Virus record (IMG/VR): IMGVR_UViG_3300043015_002491
Coordinates: 58,510 to 122,509 of that record
DNA length: 64,000 nt
Strand: one strand, 5' to 3'
DNA from: a virus
Position 1 is the stretch's first letter; each line of letters begins with the position of its first letter. Of this stretch, positions 57,080 to 64,000 are shown piece after piece. The notes beneath the pieces were generated by a model. The model made no database searches and was not told the DNA's origin. It worked only from the letters and a program-made list of their open reading frames with translations. Made by a program: the position numbers and the translations under genes.

Positions 57080-58138
57080 TTAATTTATTACCTCGTTATT
57101 TTTCTTCTCCCTCTCCATTAATTTTTTAAAGGGTAAAAGATAGTTATCATATCTAAACTCACCAAGCATTGTATCAATACCGTCTTCCTTAAGCATTCTG
57201 TAAGCATTTTTAATACTTCTATCACCAGTAAGTGGTGATTGCTTAAGTAAATCAATTTCCTCTAATGCATCTTCTGTTAAGAGTGGTTTAGATAAATCAA
57301 CCAACATTTCATTAATTTTATATAGTTGGTCTCCTTGTATACCATCGGTTGTACCATTGATGATATTGTCTAAGACTGCAAGTGGTTTTTTTTTCTCACT
57401 CAGTCTAACTTCTTGTAACTCTCTAGCTTTTTCGATTATTTCATTTAATTCCATTTTTCTCTCAGCTAACTCTGGGAAATGTTTAAGTAATGTCCCTTCG
57501 CCAAGACGTTTAACACCTTTAATACTATCACTATTATCACCACAAAGGATTTTAATTAATGCAACGTTCTCATAATGATAAGGAAAGTGTTCCTTAAAAT
57601 TACTTGGTTTAATGTAAGTTCTTTTATCTAACATATAAATTCTAACATCATCATTAATTAATTGACATAAATCCCTATCACTTGTAATAATAGTTATTTT
57701 TTCATTTTCTAATTTAGTATTACAATAATACGCAATAAAATCGTCACTTTCAACTTTTTCGTGAATTATTTGTCGAATAAATAATTCTTCTAGGTAATTA
57801 AACACAACCATTCGTTGTGCTACTTCTTCTAAATCCTCTGGTTTTGTACCATTTATATAATCTTTACCACGACCACTCTTGTAATCCTTGTAAATCTCCC
57901 ATCTTAACTTACCAGAAAATTCACCATCCCAAAAAACATAACACTTGTGAAATATATTTTCATCAAGTATTTTTCTTAGGACCGTTATAAATTGATATAT
58001 ACCACCGATATGTTCACCATTTCGATTGTATTCATTTCTAGCTCCGAGAAAGCCCCTCTTATAAAGGGCGTTCCCGTCAACTAGTAATGTGTTTTGTATT
58101 TCAGTTACCTTACCATTTTTTGGCGGTCTTCTTTTCAT
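57080..58138 (-). CDS. 5'-3' exonuclease / flap endonuclease (T4 RNase H / PolI N-terminal-like)
   Basis: LLVDGNAL, FWDG, YKSGR, ESDD, TSDRD, GDNSDSIKGV..LGE. Confidence 0.92.
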   Translation of the reverse strand: MKRRPPKNGKVTEIQNTLLVDGNALYKRGFLGARNEYNRNGEHIGGIYQFITVLRKILDENIFHKCYVFWDGEFSGKLRWEIYKDYKSGRGKDYINGTKPEDLEEVAQRMVVFNYLEELFIRQIIHEKVESDDFIAYYCNTKLENEKITIITSDRDLCQLINDDVRIYMLDKRTYIKPSNFKEHFPYHYENVALIKILCGDNSDSIKGVKRLGEGTLLKHFPELAERKMELNEIIEKARELQEVRLSEKKKPLAVLDNIINGTTDGIQGDQLYKINEMLVDLSKPLLTEDALEEIDLLKQSPLTGDRSIKNAYRMLKEDGIDTMLGEFRYDNYLLPFKKLMEREKKNNEVIN

Positions 58139-58168
58139 ATTACCTTTTTAAAAGGTTAAACAATAAAT

Positions 58169-59275
58169 TTACTCTCCTAAGTCATCCATTCCGAATCCTT
58201 GTTCCTCTTTCTCGATTGTAAAGTCATCAAGAGTAGTGTTAAGTCTTGCAAGAATGTAATCCTTGTGTTCTTTTTTGTATTCATCAATCTTAGCTGGATT
58301 CCAATATCCATGTGGTGTTGATGCTAATTTACCATGTTCCTCAATACCATTTACTTGGTTCTTTTCACATCTAACTTTCGTTTCAATACCAAATTGATAC
58401 GTTTCACCACCAGAAGTAGCTTTTAATTTAGATGTAGAGTGAGAAAGGATACCACCAAAGTGAACAATAATTCTTGGTGAATAGAAGAATGCTTCACCAC
58501 CCTTATGTTTGATAACTTTATTTTCATTATCCAACCAAATCTTTTGAACAACCGCAAAAGTATTAGTATAAGGCTTACCTTCTTTTCTAGAAGCTGGGAT
58601 TCTATGATTTGTAAGAGATTTAAATGCAGTCTCCATACTACCAGCATTCCATTGATTATTATTAGATTTAGACATAACAGACTTGAATCCATTAATTGAA
58701 CCTACTGAATCCCAAAGGAAACATAAATTCCTAGGTAAATCACCAGCATCTTGTGCATCAAGTAAATCAGTCATAAATCTAGCAATATCTTCAATAACTG
58801 GTTCACCTCTAAGTGGTTTACTACCATCTTTACCATTTGAATAATCAAATGTTTCATACCTCTTTAAAAGGTCATCACCATTCATAAAGATAAAATCACC
58901 TTCATAATCAATAACTTCACCAGTTTGTTCGTCAACAATCTCTTCAAATTGTACACCAATATTTCTAGCGTGTTCCCAAGACCAGTTACCTTCAGTTTCC
59001 ATAATTACTGGAAGGTCCCCAATTTTTTGAGCCCCAGCAACAGCCTCATAAATAGCTGTAGATTTACCTGTATTAGAGTAGCCTCTAAATGAAGTAAAAT
59101 ACCCTCTAGCTAAACCTGGAATCTTTAACGCTTCATGAAAAGCATCTGACATAGGAATCCATGTAAGGTCTTTTTCTTTAACAGTTACATCCATTCCATT
59201 ATTTTTTTTAAATGATGATAAGTCGAAACCTTTCTTATCACCTGGTTTTTTTGGTGCCTTTTTAGCCATACTCAT
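58169..59275 (-). CDS. recA: RecA/UvsX-like recombinase
   Basis: Walker A GYSNTGKST, ETE, Walker B FLWDSVG, KGGEA, KNQV. Confidence 0.85.
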   Translation of the reverse strand: MSMAKKAPKKPGDKKGFDLSSFKKNNGMDVTVKEKDLTWIPMSDAFHEALKIPGLARGYFTSFRGYSNTGKSTAIYEAVAGAQKIGDLPVIMETEGNWSWEHARNIGVQFEEIVDEQTGEVIDYEGDFIFMNGDDLLKRYETFDYSNGKDGSKPLRGEPVIEDIARFMTDLLDAQDAGDLPRNLCFLWDSVGSINGFKSVMSKSNNNQWNAGSMETAFKSLTNHRIPASRKEGKPYTNTFAVVQKIWLDNENKVIKHKGGEAFFYSPRIIVHFGGILSHSTSKLKATSGGETYQFGIETKVRCEKNQVNGIEEHGKLASTPHGYWNPAKIDEYKKEHKDYILARLNTTLDDFTIEKEEQGFGMDDLGE

Positions 59276-59314
59276 ATTTAATTTATTTTTAAAATTTACA
59301 ATTTATTATTACTT

Positions 59315-59340
59315 AAAAAAGGGTAACTTTAAAGTTACCC
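59315..59340 (-). terminator. Intrinsic terminator after SSB gene
   Basis: Perfect palindrome gggtaactttaaagttaccc (59321-59340) plus A6. Confidence 0.75.
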
Positions 59341-59362
59341 CTATTTAATTTAATTATATAGA

Positions 59363-60307
59363 TTAGAATGGTAAGTCATCATCCTCATCTTCTTCAGTTG
59401 TTGTATTTACCTCAGTAGTATTAACCTCAACAACTGGGGCCTCAAAAGTTTTAGTCTCTAAATTTATTTCGGTTTTAGTTGTTGCGTTAGCTAAACCCAT
59501 TGTTAATTCAGAATCTAAATCACCAACTTCTTTTTGGTCAGCTTCTTTATTTTTAGACTCCTTAGAAACGTAACATTCTTTTTCTTTATCCCACACAGGA
59601 GTTTCACCACCTACTACGATAGCTAAGTAATCATATGACCTTGTAGAATAAACATCTCTCCATGTTCTTTTATCTTCTAACCAAGCTTTCATTTGTTCTG
59701 GGTCATCAGATAATGGAGTTTGTTGCATTACGTTGTTTATAGATTTTACACCTGGAATTCCGTTAGTAGGGTCTCTCTGAATATCAAGAGATAAATCTCT
59801 ACCAGTTTCTGGATGTGTAATGTCATGCTCGGCTGTTTTAATAGCCCCCATAATTTTGTCTAATACACCGTCTTTCTTGTAATTGTGGTTAAATCTCCAG
59901 AACTTAACACCTTCTTGTGGATTATCTCTATCAATAATCTTAACAACATACATCATTCTAGGTGAATACTTCTTAGCTAATTCTTTATCAGATTCTTTAC
60001 CTGTAGCTAACAATACTTGTCTTGCTTCACAAAATGGACATGCTTCACCTTCTTCATGTTTAAGACATGGGAATGTCTTCCATTCTCCATCAACTTTAGC
60101 CTTATGACCCCACATTACTGTGAATGATGTTTCTTGTCCTTCATCTGGCGGTAAGATTCTTATTCTCTTAGTATCAGAATTGATACCATCTTTTAGATAA
60201 GTACTGAAATAATTTTTTAAATCGTACTTCTTGTTAGTGCTAGTGTTTGTACTAGTCTTTCCAGCATTTTCATACTGCTTCATCATTGCTTCAAAAACGT
60301 CACTCAT
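59363..60307 (-). CDS. Single-stranded DNA-binding protein (T4 gp32-like)
   Basis: IRILP, H...C....CPFC Zn site, IDR...EGVKFWRF, DITHPETGRDL, acidic tail DDDLPF. Confidence 0.85.
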   Translation of the reverse strand: MSDVFEAMMKQYENAGKTSTNTSTNKKYDLKNYFSTYLKDGINSDTKRIRILPPDEGQETSFTVMWGHKAKVDGEWKTFPCLKHEEGEACPFCEARQVLLATGKESDKELAKKYSPRMMYVVKIIDRDNPQEGVKFWRFNHNYKKDGVLDKIMGAIKTAEHDITHPETGRDLSLDIQRDPTNGIPGVKSINNVMQQTPLSDDPEQMKAWLEDKRTWRDVYSTRSYDYLAIVVGGETPVWDKEKECYVSKESKNKEADQKEVGDLDSELTMGLANATTKTEINLETKTFEAPVVEVNTTEVNTTTEEDEDDDLPF

Positions 60308-60355
60308 AATTTTTATTTTTTTTTAAATTGTTATTAATTGTTGTAATAAAGTGTA

Positions 60356-60432
60356 ATATTCGTAAATCTTAATTTTTAATATTCATATTCGTAAAATTCA
60401 TATTCGTAAAATTCATATTCGTAAAATTCATA
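60356..60432 (-). repeat. 15-bp tandem repeat (3.5 copies plus one partial) in the SSB 5' leader
   Basis: attcatattcgtaaa at 60381, 60396 and 60411; partial copies at 60426 and 60356-60366. Confidence 0.9.
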
Positions 60433-60542
60433 AAATATCAAACAATATTAGCAACATTTTTGATACTCTAAATATACTTCAAAACCTAGGAAAGTAAAGT
60501 ACTTTAGAGATTTTTTTTAATCACTTTTTTTAACTCTCTTCA

Positions 60543-60574
60543 CAAATATACCATATATTAAATCTAAATGCAAG
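60543..60574 (-). promoter_or_regulatory. Bacteroidota-type sigmaA promoter for SSB operon
   Basis: CTTG-N20-TATATTTG; a second variant promoter at 60469-60498. Confidence 0.7.
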
Positions 60575-60583
60575 TTTTTTATG

Positions 60584-60618
60584 AAAAAAATAAAGGGGAT
60601 ACGTTAATATCCCCTTTA
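60584..60618 (-). terminator. Intrinsic terminator
   Basis: taaaggggata-cgttaa-tatccccttta hairpin with adjacent A-run. Confidence 0.75.
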
Positions 60619-60641
60619 AATATAGTATTTAAACTTAATTT

Positions 60642-61421
60642 TTAAATTTCGTCTTCTTCAAATGGATTATCATAGATACTGTTTTTAGCATCAATTTCAT
60701 TATAATCAGCATCAATATCATCTTTAGTTAATACATACTCTTTTGGTTCTTTATTTTCATCACCCATAACATCATAAATACCTTCTTTATCTTTCCAGAA
60801 ATCAGTTAATTTAAGATTATATGGTGCGGAACTTAATGAACGCATTTCTAATTTTTCCTCTTCGGTTGGGTTTCTCTTCTCGAATTCAGTTTCAAGATTT
60901 TCAATCTTACTACTTATAGCATCCATACCCTTTGTAGCGTTTTCTAATTTAGAAACCATTTGCATTAATTGGTCTATCTTAGCATTTGCAGCGTCAGCTG
61001 ATGCTTTAGCTTCTTCAGAACCCTTAACTAATTCGGTAACATCTAACTCAACAGAGTCTTCTTCTGGTTCTTCTTCTGGCGATGGTTCTTCAGAACTAAA
61101 AGAGTCTTCTTCATCATCACCTTCTTCATCACCAAATGATAAACCTTCTTCACCTTCCGCTCCTCCTTCTGGTTCTTCTTCTGGTGCTGATTTTTCATCT
61201 GATGATTCTTCACTACTAGCATCTTCACTTCCGAATGGTAAATCACCAGCATCTTCTTCATCCTCAACTGGGTCCTCTTCGTTTAAATCACCTAAAATGA
61301 TTTCTTCACCACTCTTTAATTCTGGTTCAGCTCTATCTTCATAAAAAGCGTACTCAGACATTAATTTAAACTTTTTTAATTCCTCGTTAAGTAGTTCTTT
61401 ATTTAATTTATTTTTACGCAT
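60642..61421 (-). CDS. Highly acidic protein, possible prohead scaffold/internal protein
   Basis: LLNEELKKFKLMSEY leader, E/D-rich disordered region, VELDVTELV plus coiled coil. Confidence 0.6.
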   Translation of the reverse strand: MRKNKLNKELLNEELKKFKLMSEYAFYEDRAEPELKSGEEIILGDLNEEDPVEDEEDAGDLPFGSEDASSEESSDEKSAPEEEPEGGAEGEEGLSFGDEEGDDEEDSFSSEEPSPEEEPEEDSVELDVTELVKGSEEAKASADAANAKIDQLMQMVSKLENATKGMDAISSKIENLETEFEKRNPTEEEKLEMRSLSSAPYNLKLTDFWKDKEGIYDVMGDENKEPKEYVLTKDDIDADYNEIDAKNSIYDNPFEEDEI

Positions 61422-61433
61422 CTTAGTTTATGT

Positions 61434-61631
61434 TTAGAAAAGAAGTTGTCTACCATCTTCTGTAATTATTTTTTTATTGATTCTTTCAACTAATGATTTA
61501 TCCCCCTTGATAACACAAGTACCAGAACTGCAATCCATATTAGGGTCGTTTTGCATAGCTTCCATTTGTTTTTTCTTTTCTTCATCAGAAAGAAAATCAT
61601 TTAAACTGTTTTTTAAATTTTTATTATCCAT
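61434..61631 (-). CDS. Small hypothetical protein
   Basis: 65 aa; C...TC..K...LVERINK.IITEDGRQLL; ATATTTAT at 61661-61668. Confidence 0.7.
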   Translation of the reverse strand: MDNKNLKNSLNDFLSDEEKKKQMEAMQNDPNMDCSSGTCVIKGDKSLVERINKKIITEDGRQLLF

Positions 61632-61678
61632 AACTTATAATTTTAACCTTTGTTATACTAATAAATATATGGAAATAC

Positions 61679-62080
61679 TTAAAAAATACGCTTTATGTTA
61701 TATATATTCAATTCATTATCTTTGTATAAGAGTATTTTATCTTGATATTCTTCCCAATTAATTTTAACAGATTTATAATCAATGTTACCAACACTACCAG
61801 GATGTTGGTTTTCAATCATTTTATTTAAAGCATTAATAGTATAAATACATGTACCTTTCTTGTGAATAAGGATTGCATTAGGGAATATATTTTTAAAATT
61901 AACTTTCTTGTTATTTTTTACAACAAACTTAAAAGTTACGATTAACTTAGATTCATCATCTAAGTTTTTAAATACAAATACACTTTCTTTATTAACACCA
62001 AATTTATTATCCAAATAATTTAAAAACCAATCAAGTCTTTCTGGAAAAATAAATGATGCTAATAATATTGTTTTATCCAT
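61679..62080 (-). CDS. Hypothetical protein
   Basis: 133 aa; IHKK...IYTINALN motif. Confidence 0.75.
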   Translation of the reverse strand: MDKTILLASFIFPERLDWFLNYLDNKFGVNKESVFVFKNLDDESKLIVTFKFVVKNNKKVNFKNIFPNAILIHKKGTCIYTINALNKMIENQHPGSVGNIDYKSVKINWEEYQDKILLYKDNELNIYNIKRIF

Positions 62081-62669
62081 TTTTATTTATAGAATATAAT
62101 AGTGGGATATACTTAACTTCATCGTCAAGCATTCCTAAGTTATTTTTATATTCTATAAGTATCTCACTATTATCCAAAAAGACCATAGATAATTCTTTTA
62201 TCTTAACTAAAAATAAGTCTAAATTATATCCTAAAAATTCAACTTGTTTTAAATCAATACCAAATAAATATTTTTCGGAATAAATATAAACCATTCTCTC
62301 ATTAACAAAAGTTATATTATTATTTGATTCTTTTATCTTATTAAAGATTTTACTAACTTTTCTATCACTAAATAAAATAAAATCAATAAAGATATATTCA
62401 ACACTATCCTTAACGTGTTTATAAGAATTTTCAATAAAATAAAATAAATCTTCTTCAAAAAGAACCCTCTTCTCTTTTTTACTAAATGTCCAGTAAGTTA
62501 AATCATCTAACTTTCTATCTACAAAGTTTAATTTAGTATCAAGTTTTTTAACATTATCAAGCCCAATAATTAATGTAGGGATTCCCTCTATAATATCATT
62601 AAGAGAATCCACAACATTAAAGTTTTCATCAACCTTTAAACTATCAGAAGTAATTATGTTACCAATCAT
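62073..62669 (-). CDS. Hypothetical protein
   Basis: 198 aa; PTLIIG, YWTFSKKEKR; promoter TTTG-N20-TATATTTG at 62674-62705. Confidence 0.7.
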   Translation of the reverse strand: MIGNIITSDSLKVDENFNVVDSLNDIIEGIPTLIIGLDNVKKLDTKLNFVDRKLDDLTYWTFSKKEKRVLFEEDLFYFIENSYKHVKDSVEYIFIDFILFSDRKVSKIFNKIKESNNNITFVNERMVYIYSEKYLFGIDLKQVEFLGYNLDLFLVKIKELSMVFLDNSEILIEYKNNLGMLDDEVKYIPLLYSINKNG

Positions 62670-62707
62670 GATACAAATATACTTAAAAATAACTGAAAAT
62701 ACAAATT

Positions 62708-64000
62708 TTAACTATTAATATTAGTATCATAGTTAGTTGCGTCACCAGTTGTTTTATCATCTTTTAATTCTTGATTAACTATTTTACTATCAGCATTAAA
62801 TGAGAAGGCTTTTTGGTAAATATCAGCTAAATCACTTTGTTTTTGTGGTATACTTAAACCAAGATTCTTCATCTGTGTTTCCCATTTAGTAAAAAATTGA
62901 GCCATTTTACTATCGACAATTTCGAAGTGATGTACTTCATCTATTCTAATACTAAAATCATTTATTCCACTAACAGTTGATTTGATATTCTGCCTACCTC
63001 TTGTACCAGAATTACTAAAATCTCCACCCCACTTAATAGTATCTTTCCATTTAGTGTTAGTAGTTAAAAATTCTTTTATTTTAGTCATTACACCATTATC
63101 TTTAACAACAGTTAAATTACCACTAACCCAACCATATGGGTCTCTTTTATCATTCTTATTGTATGGGTTACCTAATATAACACCATTATAATTACCAGTG
63201 AAAACAACATCAATTGCTAAACCAGCTCCATGTTTAGATTTTTTATCCCTTCCTGGGCCACCAGCAACTGTTTCTTGTAAACTTCTGGTGATACCATTAG
63301 AAGCTAGACTAATATTTTTAGAAGGGAAAGCAGCAGCTAAATAATCACTTAAATCCTTCATAAATTCTCTAAGTTTTTCACCAGCTAAACCATTACTTTT
63401 ATCAGCAATATATATGTTACCATTAACTTCAACATAGAAACCATCTGAACCATTAATAGTCGTAAGGTTAGGTGTTTTATTACTAGTATTTGAATTATTA
63501 CCACCAGAACCACCAGTCGCTTCATTAAGAGATTCAAGACTACCTAATAAATTCATAAATAATTCTTGAGCAGTTATAAGTGGTGTTCTAGTCCTCTTAA
63601 CTCTATTACCAGTAAATCTAGTCACCATATTATGTGGTGTTATACTATGACTAACCTTATAAATTTGATAAGCACCTCTAAACATTGGTATATCATCCAA
63701 TTGGAAATACATCATAGGTTGAATCATGGCATCACCCATCATTTCAACGTTTACATTATAACCTCTTCTTGAGTAAACATTGAATAAGTTTTGACCATTA
63801 TAAACTGGTTGTCTCTTATCACCAGTTTGTGAAATGTCTTCAATAATTTGAAGCGATTCGTCAGTTTCAGTAAATTCACTTTGGTCTATCTTAACACTCT
63901 TGAAATAGTGTTGATTTTGGATACCATAACTAATTAAAAAGAATGGTATATTAAGTGTACCATCCTCAATAACATTACCAGAACTATCTTTACGTTTGTC
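62708..64000 (-). CDS. Large virion (tail/hub-like) protein, partial, ending in an M15-type Zn peptidase domain
   Basis: Frame stays open from 64000 (DKRKDSSG...) through 63742; MMGDAMIQPMMYFQL...GAY.I.KV.HSI; SKHGAGLAID, WGGDF, DEVHHFE. Confidence 0.75.
   Translation of the reverse strand, partial: DKRKDSSGNVIEDGTLNIPFFLISYGIQNQHYFKSVKIDQSEFTETDESLQIIEDISQTGDKRQPVYNGQNLFNVYSRRGYNVNVEMMGDAMIQPMMYFQLDDIPMFRGAYQIYKVSHSITPHNMVTRFTGNRVKRTRTPLITAQELFMNLLGSLESLNEATGGSGGNNSNTSNKTPNLTTINGSDGFYVEVNGNIYIADKSNGLAGEKLREFMKDLSDYLAAAFPSKNISLASNGITRSLQETVAGGPGRDKKSKHGAGLAIDVVFTGNYNGVILGNPYNKNDKRDPYGWVSGNLTVVKDNGVMTKIKEFLTTNTKWKDTIKWGGDFSNSGTRGRQNIKSTVSGINDFSIRIDEVHHFEIVDSKMAQFFTKWETQMKNLGLSIPQKQSDLADIYQKAFSFNADSKIVNQELKDDKTTGDATNYDTNINS

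Noticed and set aside
58142..58156. Small palindrome acctttttaaaaggt just upstream of the 5'-3' exonuclease start
   Set aside because: AT-rich and single-copy; too weak to call an operator or terminator
51889..59275. Inteins or introns in nrdA, nrdB, dnaB, recA
   Set aside because: Lengths are normal and motifs contiguous; no intein termini or homing endonuclease seen
60356..60432. Possible CRISPR array
   Set aside because: Repeats are 15 bp and directly abutting with no spacers; no cas genes in the window
780..63772. Numerous short plus-strand and nested alternative-frame ORFs in the track (e.g. 780-1058, 7941-8438, 16031-16453, 17769-18230, 47178-47516, 50305-50685)
   Set aside because: They lie antisense to, or inside, well-supported genes and show the Ser/Leu/Phe-rich composition typical of shadow frames, with no motifs or promoters
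1..64000. Stop-codon reassignment (seen in some large phages)
   Set aside because: Code 11 gives full-length conserved genes at high density; TAG and TGA both end genes at sensible positions (e.g. primase TAG, nrdA TGA)
1..64000. Eukaryotic giant virus or bacterial chromosome origin
   Set aside because: Sigma70, bacterial promoters/terminators, endolysin and T4-like baseplate, SSB and recombination genes without housekeeping operons indicate a tailed bacteriophage

Overview
AT-rich, gene-dense segment of a large myovirus-like (jumbo/huge) bacteriophage, almost entirely encoded on the minus strand in standard code 11. The host is very probably Bacteroidota: there are seven exact (T)TTG-N20-TAnATTTG promoters, a Bacteroidota-type sigma70, an Hc1-like histone H1 protein, a CKKEE lipoprotein and SprB-type repeats. 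Reading along the minus strand (right to left): a virion protein with a C-terminal M15 peptidase; a replication/recombination block (gp32-like SSB, RecA/UvsX, 5'-3' exonuclease, DnaB, NrdB/NrdA); a ~27 kb baseplate/tail-fibre block (gp25, gp6/J, gpI-like, gpH-like, PA14-like and SprB-repeat proteins); RuvC, primase, a PD-(D/E)XK nuclease, SbcD/SbcC and the sigma factor; a membrane/lysis-like cluster; acidic LxE-rich putative internal head proteins; an endolysin; small early genes; and a DUF2828 (Ro60/TROVE-like vWA) gene. Best candidates for new biology: (1) a ~170-nt structured non-coding RNA between the DUF2828 stop codon and its terminator, suggesting a phage Ro60/Y-RNA-like ribonucleoprotein; (2) a shared N-terminal capsid-targeting-like leader plus late promoter on unrelated enzymes (NUDIX, GNAT), suggesting packaged and injected effectors; (3) three promoter classes plus a sigma with an altered region 2.3/2.4; (4) a pervasive [ST]-[GA]-x-[TS] motif in the tail/baseplate proteins; (5) a 15-bp tandem repeat/uORF in the SSB leader. 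All family assignments come from motif recognition by eye; no database search was run.
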